Part shown: positions 22,935 through 36,609 of the stretch, piece by piece
Position numbering within the stretch: position 1 is the stretch's first letter
Layout of the letters: the number at the start of each line of letters is the position of its first letter
Assembly (NCBI GenBank): GCA_003427395.1
Contig: BFEA01000001.1
Location: forward strand, 1,694,280 to 1,758,279
Reading direction: 5' to 3'
Length of the DNA stretch: 64,000 bases
Source of the DNA: Chara braunii
Taxonomy: Eukaryota; Plantae; Charophyceae
The notes under the pieces: model-generated
The model's database searches: none
Seen by the model: only the letters and a program-made list of their open reading frames with translations
Told to the model about the DNA's origin: nothing
Program-made: the position numbers and the translations under genes

Positions 22935-25152
22935 GCAGTAATTCAATCTAAGACCAGAGGGGGGTTAGGCATACTAGACCCTTCCACTCAACCATTAGCA
23001 CTGTCCATTCAATGGATTAAGCGTTTACTCTTCAATCCGCAAACCCTTTGGCTTACTCTAGCTGAGGAACAGATCTCGCGTCTAGCCCCAGCAGTCCCGG
23101 AGGGAATAGATCCTATGATATGGCTAGAAAACCGTCATTGGTCAATTCGCAGAGGGGGAAGACATATCTTAACACAAGAAGCAGATACAAAACGTGAGGC
23201 TACAAGGAGGGACATTAAAAATGATCCCTTTTGGCCTTACCTCCTGAAAAATTGGCGTAAACTACCGCTACCCGATAAAGTGTCTCCGGATCATTGGGAA
23301 GAGATGTGCCAGCAACCCCTCTTTAACAACAGGTGGATCACCGACTCTCAGGATAGGATGTTGCATTGCATGGACTCTCCTTGGAGAGGGTGGATGAAGA
23401 ATGAAATTCTTAGGATCGGGGATATATGGAATGCAGAAATTAAGGATTGGTATTCGTCATCTGACCTCTCACCATACTTGCGTTATTGCAGAAAGACAGG
23501 AGAAGCACTAGAAACAGTGATTGAGTCTATCCCTCTAGAATTGATTAGGATCCTCAGAAAAGGTCCTCAACTAAAAGAGAGTGATTGGGTGGGGATTCAA
23601 GGAGACCCACAACAAGTAGGTAATGTGGTGATTGTAAATGACAATGGATTGACCCTCCTTTCTTTGTTTTCCCTAGACCAAACCAACAGGTTAGTGNAAA
23701 GTCCGACACAAGAAACCAGATGGGTCCAATCTGAACAGTTGTTTCGAATTAGAGTTCTAAAGTGTAAGGACAGATGGTTAGCCTATAAGCCCTCATGCGC
23801 AATAAATCAGTTGTCTTTTGATCCGATCTGCTGGACATGGACGTTGCCACTAGGAAAAGGAAGAAAGTGCATTCGTTCTATCCATACACTAACGGTTAAA
23901 TCAACATATCGTTTGATAAGGCCAAGATTGAACTTACGGGATAGAGTGGAAACTAGGTGGATGAAGCAACTAAACGTAAGCAAAAATCAACTTAGAGGCG
24001 TCCAATGGTTTAAAACCATTAAGACCAAACCGTCAAAAATCGCTTCACTACAATGGGAAATTGACCATCGTTGCCTTCCTACCAATGACTGACTCATAGA
24101 TAGAACCTCTCTTGAAAAGAGAGGTATAGCACTACCCTGGTGTAAATTATGTTCATCTGCTTTTCCGTCGAAGACCATCCCGGAGACTATAAAACATATT
24201 TTCCTACAATGCCCAGGCGCGATCTGGCTGTGGAGATGGTGGGACAGAATATGGTTTTCTCTCACTCAATCACAGAATTGGCCTTGGGACTGGAGAGCTC
24301 TTTTATGTGAGACTTGGTCTTATGACCAATCAGATGACTTCTCTCATAACTTATTCATAACAGGTAGAAGAGCAATCATATGGGCCCTCTGGCAGCGGCG
24401 GTGCACCTTCGAAATGGAGGGAGCAAGATTGGATGGACCAGAATTTACAGAATCTATCAAACAACAAATACAAACGACAATCACAACTCAATGGGTTAAA
24501 GTTAAAGAAAAGATTCAATTCTTATCTTCCAAGAAAGAAATCCAACAACACATTCAACATTTCAGTGGCGCTTGGCTAGGGGGTCCTCAAGGGGGTAAGA
24601 TAGGCAAGATCATATGGGATGGGGCCAGGAGAGAAAATAAGGAGGAGCAAGGAGAAACAATTCAACGTGACTATTGTCTGGTCTTTCATGAATGGACAAA
24701 AGTAGATCCAGTTGTCCCCCTTCGCCCTCTAGCTGATTTCCCTGAACTTTTTCCCCAGCTTAGTCCCAATGAGCTGGTACAACAGCGAATAAAAAAAAAA
24801 GAAAAGTCGGAGCTTTTTGAGTTATATGGGTTGGAGCACATTTTCTCCCAATTTTATGAAGCAATTCCAGCTAGCTCAAGTCACCAATCTGTAATCAGTA
24901 CTAGTCCTTAACTGTTCTATCTGGCGCCCTTGTATTGAGGGTGAAGAGGTACAGGTGGCAATGGAAGTTCCCGAAGCTCAGAGATCAGCCGACATCATCA
25001 CTTTCATCATCATCATTTTCATCACCATTTTCAGCATCATCATCATCAACAGCAGCAGCAACATCACCAACCTATAGTATCAGAGAATCAGTAGCTGTAA
25101 ATGTGGGACGTTGAGTCCGGTTCCCAGCATGTGCTGAAAAAAAAAAAAAAAA
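22935..25152 (+). mobile_element. Nested 5'-truncated LINE (ORF2 C-terminal part, 3' UTR, poly(A))
   Basis: GGLGILDP at ~22959, QPLFNNRWI and LRIGDIWN in the 23115 ORF, C..C...ETIKHIFLQC at ~24140-24212, and A16 tail at 25137-25152. The host sequence resumes at 25451. Confidence 0.8.
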
Positions 25153-25450
25153 GACTCGGGCTACGGCCGCACGAATACAGCTGTGGACAAATGGCTTAGG
25201 GCGCAGAGTAGGTGTGCGGCCTCATTCATGATTTGTCTCATCCTTGGATGGTCCATCCAGCTACTGCTGACATTATCAAGGATTTGTGTAATTGAGGAAA
25301 CATGTTGTTCAGGGACGTTGGACCCGGTTTCCAGCAGGTGCAGCTCCCCACCAATAGATGGAGCCTCCGGAAAGTGGTAGCGGTGTCTGCTCTTATCAGT
25401 ACCCCTATCACCACATCGGGTTGTTCTTTCAAAAAAAAAAAAAAAAAAAA
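25153..25450 (+). mobile_element. Short poly(A)-tailed retro-insert (LINE 3' UTR or SINE)
   Basis: Ends in A20. Shares the GGGACGTTG...CCGGTTYCCAGCAKGTGC motif with the 3' end of the preceding LINE. Confidence 0.65.
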
Positions 25451-25959
25451 CATCTGGTTAATATCATTCACAAGGCTAGATGGTTCCCAGGCTTTAGTGA
25501 ACATAGCTGCTCTAGAGCAACCAACGCCCTCGTCAATATTTACGTTGATTAGGACTGCAATCATGAATAAGTTTCAATTTCGATGGATTTATGAGGAATT
25601 GATGGTCACGGTGATAATTGATCATCCAGACCAACAAGGTAGGAAGGTCAAGTTTTTAGTTCCTCTCCTTGACGCACGTTTTGCGCCAGGACGGTTGGAA
25701 TCCTTGGAAACCGAAGGGCTTAGATTGTTGCCATAGTCGTGGTTGACAGAGAAACGGCGGCAGGAACTCGGTCGAGTGAAGGCTCCTCCACATTGCTCGG
25801 CGAAACTGTTGATAGAGGTTGAAGGAAGGCTCCCCAGCCTGAAGAAATTAAATTCTCACTTCATGAAAAGTTGGTTCATGTCTCTATGGGAACCTGTGAA
25901 TGGAGCACCATTTGGCTCTGCACCTGGAATCCAACCAATGTCAGGGAGAGGGTTACGGA

Positions 25960-26700
25960 ATGTCTAGGTTGAACCTGACTACATGGAACTTGAGAGGTCT
26001 GGGAGACACCTTCGAAAGACACAACGAGATAGGTTGAAAGTGTGGCTTCACTGGAACAAGTGTCTTGTAGTGTGCCTACAGGAAACTAAATTAAATGAAA
26101 GTAGGATTATGGACCCTGGACATTGGTGGGATGGACCACAAATTTGGTTCCTCGAGGTAGACACAAGGGGTGACACAACTATCCTAATCCACAAGGATGC
26201 ACAAGTGGAAATTATAGATTATTATGAAGATCTGTGAGAGAGATTGTGCTAGGTGAAGTTTGCAAGAGAGGGTCTTGAATGGATAGTGGTCTTTATTTAT
26301 GCACCTACTAATCGGACAGAGCGAGTAAATTTTTTCGAGGAACTATGGTATGCAATTCCGGACGGAAAGTGTATCATCTTGACGACAGATTGGATATGTC
26401 TCTGGATGCCACATATTCCTCATCCGCTAGTGCACAAGATATTGTCCATCATGGAGGAGCTAAACCTGATTGATCCATATCGGTTGCTCCACCTTGACCT
26501 ACCAGGCCTTACATGGTTCTTCGATAGGGATGACAAATCAAGAATGACATGCCGGAGGCTGGACTATTTTATGATTTCGTCATCACTTTGGGAAGTTGTC
26601 GACATAGTAGAAGAGTCCCTACAACCACTATCGGATCATAATATAAAGAAAGAAGTATCTTCTCGTTTAATACCCAAAATTTTGATGAGTCAGGACTCGT
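25960..26700 (+). pseudogene. LINE ORF2 APE endonuclease domain, disrupted
   Basis: Motifs CLQETK, FIYAP, TWF, RRLDYFMIS and LSDH. Confidence 0.85.
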
Positions 26701-27450
26701 GGAATGGATGAAAAGGTTTTGGACGACCTGGGAAACAGCAAGACCGGACTTCCCATCTAGAGAGCAATGATGAAACTCTGGATCAAAACTGTTTTTCAAT
26801 CTTCTTAATGTATTATCGAGGATATTGGTCATCAATCGAGTGGAGGAGGAACGAATAAAGCGTAAGATTGAGTATGCGGAACAACAAATGGTTGAACACC
26901 CAGTATCATTGAGTATGCGGAACAACGAATGGTTGAACACATGGTATCGAATTTAATATGGAGCAAAGAGAGAGTCAAGTTAATGAGCGAGTGAGAGGAA
27001 CTACAGAGAAAGAACTCAGAAACTTGGCACGGAGGTCTAGTGGTGAAACGTATTGTTGTTTTCGATCGGATGACCAAAGAGTCATTTCAGAGAATGGTGT
27101 CTAGGAGATCGTATGTATCTATAAAAAAGTGGATACATCCGTTTGATTCATCAACACCCAGGGTCAAAGAACTAACACAATTATGTGAATATGCAGTGGT
27201 ATACTACTAGGATATTATAACGTCAAGGTTACAGGGAGTCGACGTGGTAGATAATATAGATGATGATAATGATCATTGGAATAATACACCTGTAAGGATG
27301 TCTATCAAAGGTCGTTTGGATTTGGATCGCCCGATCACAGTGGAAAAAGTCTACGAAGCCTTAAAGGTTATGGCGAAGGGCAATGCCCCAAGAGATGATG
27401 GTCTGCCCATTGAGCTCTACCTAACGATCTGGAGCGAAGCAGTGGTTAAA

Positions 27451-28713
27451 GCATCGGTTGGAAATGCACATTGTGGTATGAGGTTGCGGGTTCAAAACTT
27501 CGCAGCCTTGCGTATGGACACGACATGGTGTTCAAAACTCCCCTGGGCTGATGCAGGTAAGTTATTACAGACATTGCTTGCGCACCACCCATGGGCAAGT
27601 CCATGGTTATTATATGTTGGTTTTGGGTTATGGGATGTTTGCCTAATGCTTTTGGTTCTAGTGGTTCTTTGCAGGCTTGCATTCTTGAGGATGATTGTTT
27701 ATTTTCCTTCCAGTCCGATATTGTGTACAAATCGTTCAGTTTTCACAGTAGCTCAGTAGGTTCAATAGAAGATTGCATGGATGAGGTCGTGTGCTCAAAA
27801 ACTCGCTTACCTAGTTGGAGGCAGGACCAAGAGACCTACGCACCGCCCATAGACTCAGGAACGGTTGATGAGAGTGAGACTTAGCACAAACTGTGGTTGG
27901 TTTTGGTAGGTTTCTTGGGGCAAGATTAAAGTAGAGGGACTTGTTACTAGTTGGAGATCTGGGGGGGTCAGCCACTAGGCACGGGAGGGGTTAGGGTGAG
28001 GGTTCCCCTTAGGACAACTCGCCCGTGGAACGGGAACGGTTGATGAAAGTGAGACTTAGTACAATCCACGGTCGATGTCTGTTTGGACGAGGACCCTACA
28101 GACCACCCATGGAACGAGGAACAGTTGATGAGAGTGAGACTTAGTACAGTCTATGGCTGGTGTTGGTAGGGCTCTTGTGTCGGTGGGGCTCTCCACAGGA
28201 TTGGTTGGGTTGCATGCCTCCTATGTTCGATTCACTATCAACAAACATATAGTAATGGCAATAGTGTGCACAGTGAACAACCTAACAACAAACAACAGTA
28301 ATAACAGTTGTGTACACAACGATAGGAACGCAAAATAGGTCCACCTATGAGACTTATAGTGAAACGTTTGTACCTAGCACCTGAAGTACCTGGGCGACAA
28401 GGTTCGCACAAATATGCTTCGACCAGAGCTGAATGGGATGTGAAGGACTCAGCTTAGCCCTGGTACCTACAACCACGGTTCGGTCAAGTCACCCCCAAGG
28501 CTGGAGGGTGACAATCTTGATTGGTAGACACTGAGATAGGATAGTGGGAGTAGGAGTGCGCCGGGAGAAATTACGAAAGAGGTAGGTTGGAAAGGAGCCC
28601 TATAGGATTAAGGGGGCTTTACCACATGGCCGAGTGTCGAAGGTGACTCTCATATGTTTGTAATTCAGCCTCTACAACAACCAGGACTTTAAATTTAAAA
28701 AGAAAAAAAAAAA
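27451..28713 (+). mobile_element. Poly(A)-tailed insertion within the LINE RT region
   Basis: The host frame ...EAVVK|HLVEIYNE is split here. The insert ends in an A-run at ~28697-28713. Confidence 0.7.
27828..28180 (+). ncRNA. Three long hairpins with conserved apical motif GGAACRGTTGATGARAGTGAGACTTAGYACA (candidate structured RNA)
   Basis: Inner stems 27847-52/27891-96, 28023-29/28065-71 and 28107-13/28150-56, plus different outer stems. Confidence 0.55.
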
Positions 28714-29960
28714 CATCTTGTCGAGATTTACAACGAGACCTTGATGGGAAGCTAACCTGACTCAGAATGTGAGACATGGTATTATCTCAGTGTTGTTCAA
28801 ACAAAAATCCATAGTTGGAGGTCAATATCAGTGTTGAATGTTTCCTATAAAATACTCACCAAAATTATGGTAAAAAAACTAGGGAAATATCTTTCTTCTC
28901 TGCTTCAGAATGATCAAGCGGCCTTCGTACCAGGCATATCAACATTTGATCATTTAGTTACTATTAATGAAGCGCTATAAATCATTCACAATGACTCCCT
29001 AGACATGGCAATCCTACTACCGGATTTGAAAAATGCATTCGAGCGGGTAAGCTGGTCGTATGTACTTACAACCTTGAAGTTAATGAATTTTGGGGCAAAC
29101 TTTCGTAGATGGATAACAGGGATGTATACTATGTTTACAACTATTGTCATGATAAATGGGCGAGTGTCTAAACCTTTGGAACTTACCAGATCACTCAGAC
29201 ATGGTTGCCCTCTGCCACCCCTGCTATTCACTGTATTGATGGAGGTATTATTGAACATCATCATGGCACATGATCGCATTAGAGACCGGCAACTAAGATT
29301 CATGAACTGCAAGGTCGAGGCTTTGGTTGACGACCTCTTTGCAATCTCCGAAAACACATTGGAATCACTAAGTGCCTTGAAGACCGAACTTGGTGCATAT
29401 TGCGAGTTGTCTGAGGCGTCAGTGAATTGGCACAAATTTACGTTCTTACTTTCATCTAGGTACTCTCTTTAATGTGAGTGGCGTATGAAAAGAATAGATG
29501 AAGATCAATCTGAAAGGTTTCTGGATGTCCAAGTCTCGTTGCTAAACTGCGATGGTGATTAGGGTGACCTCTTGATGCAAAAGGTTATGCACCGCATGGT
29601 GATGTGGGGAAAAACACCACATTTGTCACTCTTTGGCTGAGCGTTAGTGATTAACGAAACCTTTCTTGCTCTTTTCTAGTTTGTAGGAACCGTAAGGGCA
29701 CTAGGAAAACAATTATACACACTAGCTAAAAGACGGATTACTAAATTTATTTGGAAACCATTTGTGAAGGAGGAAAAATCCTTCATCTCCAAAGTGGTGT
29801 GAAAAATGTTGTGTTTTCCATGATCTCAGGGTGGGCTCGGAATCATGGATCAAGCAAAGCATAAATAATGTTGTGTTGGTGAGATGGTTTATCAAACTGT
29901 ATCGAGGAGCCAAACCCACATTGGGTGGTAATGACCAAATATATTTTGGCCTCATAGTGA
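28714..29960 (+). pseudogene. LINE reverse transcriptase domain, disrupted
   Basis: WRSISVLNVSYKILTK, DLKNAFERVSW, LRHGCPLPPLLF and LVDDL. Confidence 0.88.
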
Positions 29961-31009
29961 AACTTGTTTAGACCTAGGGATGTGTGGATATGCCTGATGC
30001 TCTACTCATACCAAAGGAGACATATTACATCTCTCTTTTGGCGAGCAATCATCGTGATGTGGAAGAAACTTAGACCGGATATTTGGGTAGAACCAGGTGC
30101 CGTGGGGATCCACGGCGGATGAACCCAACCTTTCCTTCCAGTGCCTAGAAATAGTCGAGACTATTGATTCCAGTTTCTAGATCACATTTCTTGATTGTCC
30201 CAAGACTAGTCTCAGATCTAACTTTGTTCTCCAGGTACCCAAAGATTATATCCCAGATGTTGCTGGTTCTTACGATCCCTTTTTCAATGCACTTACGTCC
30301 AAAGCTTATTTTATCGACTTTAATCCACTCTCCATCCGTTAGACAGATGTGCGGGTTCTCAAACAACGGTTGGGTTAGTATTTATGCTTTATAATAAACT
30401 TTGGACGTAAGTGGACTGGAAAAGAGATTATAAGAATCACCGACATCTGAGATCTCATCTTGGGTACCTGGAGAACAGAGTTAGATCTGAGACCAGTCAT
30501 GGGACAATCAAGAAATGTAACCTCAAGACTGGAATCAATAGTCTCGACTATTCCCCGACACTGGAAGGAACAGTTGGGTCCAACCGCGGTAGCTCCCTCT
30601 GGCACCTGGTACACAAGTGTCAACGGAGACTGCACCGGAGTTTGGAAACTATTGGAGTACCAACCAAATGGGAAAATATTTTTTTAGAAATGGCAAATCC
30701 AAGCCGACCGATCACTGAAATATGCAGACGACAATGAACACCCGTTAGTGGGAACTACACTGGTTCGTGTTTCTGAAACGGTTCTGTCAGAAGACGATAG
30801 TTTGTGCACGATAATGCTTAAGTGTACCCCCATAGAAAAGTTAAAGATGGATCCCACGATGTGGGAATAGAGGGCATTAGGTAAGGGAGGTGAAAACATC
30901 CAGTTATTGAATGACACAAAAAAAATTAGATATAAGGTAGTTATCTCGTCAAAAGACCCACTGATGGCAGTTTGTAACAAATGGCAAGCCCATATGGAGC
31001 CGGACCCGA

Positions 31010-31531
31010 ATGTGTCGAGCAAAGCTCTCCAAAACTGTTGGGAGCAACTTAAGATCATTTCGTGTCAGCGCCAAGCAACTACCCTGGGAGATGAAAATTG
31101 ATCTAAAATGCCTGAGATGTGAATGGGCATTTGGGTCGACGTTTCATTTGTGGTGGGATTGCCCAGCCTCGGCTCGGATTTGGAAATGGTGGATTAAAGT
31201 ATGGTTAGGCCTCCTAGGACAACCACTGGTGTGGGACAAGATGTGGACTTTGATAGGGGGTATCCCGGAAAACATGTCTCTGACTAAGAGATGGGGCTAC
31301 AATGCGCAAACAACAAGAGCGGTTCTCTTCTCGTCAATCTGGCAGGGCCGAAATGACCAAGCATTTGAAGGGAAACAGTGGTCTAATCCTAAGATAAGAA
31401 GCACAACTCTGCAAGGTGTGAGACGAGCCATTCAGGCGGATTGGCGGAGGAAAGTTGTCAAAACACAGAACCGTGGCCGAGGCAAACTCTGGTTTCGTGA
31501 AACTTGGTTTATTAACAGCTCCTTCGGTTAA
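31010..31531 (+). pseudogene. LINE ORF2 C-terminal zinc-binding region
   Basis: CLRC...STFHLWWDC...W and IWQGRNDQAF. Confidence 0.75.
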
Positions 31532-32815
31532 TGATGGTGGGCAGCTATCATTAGCCCCATGGTTGTTTGAGCAGTAGGTATATGATCAACCTAGACTGCT
31601 CGGTTGGATAAGTTGCCCGAGACTGGCAGGTGGGCATGGGGTGGAGGGAGCGCCAAATGTAGATGCGTTCTCCCCAATGGCAGAGTTAGGCCAAGGTGAG
31701 GATGGGTGAATAGGATAGTTAATAGCGAAAGGACGAATTGAATAACGAAGGGGTAGAATACCAGTACAAGAAGTAAGTGTTATAGAGTAGAATGAGTGCT
31801 CATAGCTCTTTGTGCATTCTGTTGGACTGAGTAGACTAGGTAGTTTCATTTTGGGGAAGTTAGGAATATGAAGTATGTCCTTCTTTTTCCTTGTTTTCTT
31901 TTTTCCGTTTTCCTTTGTTTCTTATGAGTATGTTGGGCTTGTTCGTTTTTTATGGCCTTGATGGCAAATTGTTTGTATCAGGGTTGGGAAATGTCAGTGC
32001 AACGATCTAGAATTGGGCATATTGCAGCTGGACATACCCCCTCGCCTGCACCAAAGCTTGGTAATGGTCCCAATTTTGTTTCTCCGGGTTGTTTGTGGAA
32101 GATTCCCGGCTTCAGCCTTGTGGTAATAAGAATGATCCCTCTCTTTGAAAAAACAAATGAAAAACAAAATGCTTTGTCTTTGTGTTAGTCGGGCTCCCAA
32201 CCCTGCACCCTAAACCACTTGGGTAAGGGGCAACATGCATCCCCTTCCATCGTTCCATAGTGACAACCAGAAATCTATGCTTGCCTGGGTCCCCTGTATA
32301 GCCTTAGGAGTAGTGGTAGCCTGGTAGGTAGTGGTAGTGGAAGGCGAATTTGCAAGAATTCGAGAGAGGACGAAAGAATTTGGGAGAAGAGGAGCTCCTT
32401 TGGGCCTCATTGCTCCACTCGCCATCCGCCAAATTTTTTTCTAACCATTTGCACGGGTGCGTTTTCAAGATGCATTCAAAATCTTGGGCGATGGCGAGTG
32501 GTGCAACTAGGCCCTTTGGCAGAGAAAACGTCGCCAACATTTTCATAGCATTTCGAGGGGTGCGGTATCAAGATGCATTCCAAATCTTGGCCGACGAGTG
32601 GTGCAACTACTACCGGTAGGCCCTTTGGCAGAAAGGGCCGCTGAAATCCCGCTGAAACTCCAGCTCCGCGGACGGCTGCGAGAAACGACGGCGGAGGGAA
32701 GGGCCTGGTCCGCCTGCTCGGGTCTGCAGGCCGCCATCTCCACAAGCTTAGGCCCAGCCAGCTGTGAGTGTATGAGTAGATAGAGGTAGGGCTCTGTCTC
32801 GTATCGGGGGTGCAA

Positions 32816-33084
32816 ATGGTGAAGTCGAAGAACAAGAAACGCCGCGCGAAGGCGTCATTTCGTGAAAATGACAATGCCGACAGCATGGCAATTGAAGGGG
32901 ATGGTGATGGCACAGTCGACATAGCCGGTCAGGAAAGAGAAAGAGAAGGAGAGGGAGAAGGGGGCGGAGCTCGTGGCGATGCCGAAGAATCTGCTCGTGC
33001 TCTGTCCGCCGGCCGATTGAAGAAGAAGCAGCGGTGGGAACAGAAACTGCTTAAGGCGAAGGTCGACGCCCTCCACAAACAAAG
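32816..33084 (+). CDS. Host gene exon 1 (basic N-terminus, coiled-coil protein)
   Basis: ATG at 32816 gives MVKSKNKKRRAK...RLKKKQRWEQKLLKAKVDALHKQR. Non-repetitive sequence. Donor AAG|GCAGGT keeps frame with the next exon. Confidence 0.7.
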
Positions 33085-33784
33085 GCAGGTTGCTAGCTAC
33101 CGTAGCTGCTGCCAATTGGCTTGCAACCTTCGCCAAAATAAGGGGCGGGTGGGGAACCCTCATAAACGAAGAAGCCTTTCCCTCACTCGCGCGCTGTTGT
33201 TGCTGGCCTCTTCGTTAAAACTTCCTCCTCCCTGCACCTCAGTTTTCTAGACCTCCCTCCCTCCTTCCTCCCTCCCTCCCTCCTCATCCTTTATCCTCGG
33301 CCAAAAAAAAAGCGAAACAAAGGAAAAAAAGAAAAAAAAAGGGGTTAGCTTTTAACCTTATTTGTATCCATCTGAGTGTCAGGATTCGAACTCATGATCT
33401 GTTTATTAAGACTTATTAGATGTGTGTACCATTCAGCCACGTGGGCTGGTTGACTCTTCTTCTCTTGCTCTTCTTCCCTTCTCCTCTTCTCCCTCCTTTT
33501 TCTCTTCTCCCTCTCTTCTCCCTTTTCGTCTCCTTTGTCCTCTTCTTCCCTCCATCATTTGTGTCCTCACATCGTTGTTGCAGCACCATCTTCATCTTCA
33601 TCTTAATCCAGACAGGACGGTGATAGAATTGCACAGGGTGGTCGGTGGCTGATGTCATCGCAATTAGGACGACGACGACATGCCTCGCAGGTGCAATGCC
33701 ACGTCATCAGGACAAAGGATGACATACGATCGGAATGGGATGCCGTGGGAGGAGAGCGGTGTGTGGGATGGGTAGGGGTAGGTG

Positions 33785-34295
33785 TCGATTGATTGGGTTG
33801 ATCTCGAGATTGATTGGATTGGTGTTGATTGATTGTATCGACATCTGGACTCAATTGGATCGATCTCGATTGATTGGGCTTTGCTCTCCAGTTCAATCGG
33901 ATCGATCTCGATTGATTGGGTTAATGTCGACCGATTGCGTTGGGTTGATTTGGATTGATTGGGTCTCAGATTTGATTGCATAGATCTCGACGGATCGTAT
34001 CCATTCCGATCGATTCGATTGTATCGATTGGTTTGATATCGATTTACTTGGTCGATCTATAGATTGCTTGGATCGATCTTGATGGATTGGGTTGATGTCG
34101 ATTGATTGGGTTTGATTGATTGGGTTTGATTGATTGGATCGGTCTGATTCGGTCGTTCTTGAGTGATTGGGTTGATGCCGTCGATTGATTGGGATGATGC
34201 CGTCGATTGACTGGGTTGATGTCGATTGTTTGAGTCGATCTCGCTTGATTCGATCGATCTTGATTGATTGGGTTGATGCCGATTGATTACATCGA
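33785..34295. repeat. Degenerate GATT/GATC minisatellite
   Basis: Repeated TCGATTGATTGGGTTGAT units. Confidence 0.9.
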
Positions 34296-34479
34296 AGCAA
34301 GCCAACGGCCTGGATCAGCAGAAGATCTGCAGAAAAAGAAGGGCCCGCACGGAATTGGGATTATGTTGGGGGCAATCATATGTACACCGACGACTCTCTC
34401 TCTCTCTCTCTGTCCCTCTCTCTCTCTCTCTCGCTTTCCGTGGCGCTATATATATGGTCCTGAACATATAGATTCACAG

Positions 34480-36290
34480 TGTAGCGGCCTTGTACGCAAG
34501 AGGTTCTGAACAGGGGGAGTTAAGGAAGAAGATAACAAAACTGAATTCATTTTTTCTTGTTTTTCTTTCTTTTTTCCTTTTTGTTCGCATTTGCGCTCTG
34601 ATACTCTTGTGACAACATCCACATCATCCTCACCGTAGCTGTCATATCTGCCGAGGTGGGGGCAGGTAAAGAAAAAAAGAAGAAAAGAAAAAGAGAAAAA
34701 AAGAAAAAAAGAAAAAAGAAAGAAAAAAAGAAAAAAAGANNNNNNNNNNNNNNNNNNNNNNNNNNNNNNNNNNNNNNNNNNNNNNNNNNNNNNNNNNNNN
34801 NNNNNNNNNNNNNNNNNNNNNNNNNNNNNNNNNNNNNNNNNNNNNNNNNNNNNNNNNNNNNNNNNNNNNNNNNNNNNNNNNNNNNNNNNNNNNNNNNNNN
34901 NNNNNNNNNNNNNNNNNNNNNNNNNNNNNNNNNNNNNNNNNNNNNNNNNNNNNNNNNNNNNNNNNNNNNNNNNNNNNNNNNNNNNNNNNNNNNNNNNNNN
35001 NNNNNNNNNNNNNNNNNNNNNNNNNNNNNTTTGGCTGTGTGCAAGTGGGTCGATATGACACACGGGGGTGGGGGCAGCCGCCGCTCAACCTACATCCACG
35101 TGGGCGGCCTTGTACGCAAGAGGTTATGAACAGGGGGAGTTAAAAGGAAGAAGATAAAAAAATGAATTCACTTTTCTTTTCTCTTTTTTTTCTTTCCTTC
35201 TTTCATTTTTTTCGCATTTGCGCTCTGATATTTTGTGACAATATATACATAACTTTGTGAGGATATATACTTCGACGTTGCTAGCTCTCTGCTTTTGTAG
35301 ATGATGCGGCGAGCGTCGGGCATGTACTAGCAGGCTCTTTCTTTGGTTATGGTAGAATATACTTTTTCTAATTCTCCCTTCTGTCCGTCTTCTTATTCTT
35401 TTTGCTTTGCTCTCCCCATTGTTGGGGTATTTCGTTTTACGGACCTACTGTATGGTTCCGTTTTTTCAAGTACGGTTATGGCAGAATTGTTGGTATTTTT
35501 GGCACCTTTGTCTGCATCCCGGTTGGTTTTGTCTCGTTGTTCGGTCCACGTGGCGGTGTTTTTATGTGGGTTGTTCCATCCACGTGGCGATGTTTTCATG
35601 TGGGACTGGTCATCCGTTTTTTTTTCCTTTTGGCATCCTAGTTGGTTCGTTCCCGTTGTTCGGCCTAGCCACGGGAGGCGGTGCTTTTGGGTGGAAATCG
35701 TCAGCTGGGATTGTCTTTATATTTTTTTTCACGTTGGTGGTATCTCAGTATTTCAGTTTGGACTAGCGAAGCATGCGTCGAAATAGGAATACCAACTTCT
35801 TGATGACGAATAAGGCCATCTGCTGTGTATAGATATGTATCTGGGATTCCTTTCTTGGCAGACGAGTGTTTTGTCCTGGGTGGTCTTGTCCCGTCGTTTG
35901 GCCTGTGAAGGAGGGGTGGTGCTTGCATGTGGGACTTGTCATCTAGGATCCGTTTTTTTGGTGCTGTTGCTTGTTGCCCCCTGTTGTGTTGTATTTGGCT
36001 GTTCAGTTCCTCTTTTCCTTGCCTCTTTGCCCTTTGGCTGTGTGCAAGTGGGTCGATATGACACACGGGGGTGGGGGCAGCCGCCGCTCAACCTACATCC
36101 ACGTGGGCGGCCTTGTACGCAAGAGGTTCTGAACAGGGGGAGTTGTAAGGAAGAAGAAAAAAAAATATTTTTTTCTTGATTTTTTTCAGGGGGAGTTGTA
36201 AGGAAGAAGGAAAAAAAATGAATTTATTTTTTTCTTTTTCTTTTTTTAGTTTTTTCTTCGCTTTTGCGCTCTGATAACTTTGTGACGATA
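34480..36290. repeat. Repeat element with ~120-bp direct repeats (spans a gap)
   Basis: TTGGCTGTGTGCAAGTGGGTCGATATGACACACGGGGG...GGCCTTGTACGCAAGAGG at 35031 and 36034, partial copy at 34485. Confidence 0.7.
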
Positions 36291-36609
36291 CGGATGAGGA
36301 AAGCTAAATCTACATGAGCTGTATGATGCATTGCTGAAAAAACGCCTGTAATTATCTGGAACCAGCGAATTCCAGCAAGAGATCCAAAACCCCACCAATA
36401 GCTGAGATTGCTAGGACTTGAATAATCTACCAAATGATTGTTGAACTGATGTCCATGGCTGGTGGTTAGCAATTGGCCTTGTTATTCTTAACTCCTTCAC
36501 TTTGAATAAGGTCTTGCGGCCATGACGTGTGTGAGCGGCTCTAGATGTGGCTCAAGCCCTGGAGATAGCTTTACCTCCGGAGCTTTCATCATCCTATTCT
36601 GACTCTCTT

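Larger units (their letters stand above)
21081..32165 (+). mobile_element. Decayed near-full-length L1/Tx1-type LINE with nested insertions
   Basis: ORF1 zinc knuckle, APE endonuclease, RT and C-terminal CCHC occur in order on the + strand, with many stops and frameshifts and an A-rich end at ~32150-32168. Boundaries are approximate. Confidence 0.8.

Noticed and set aside
33372-33400. tRNA gene (antisense B-box GTTCGAATCC)
   Set aside because: No cloverleaf or A-box; at most a SINE remnant.
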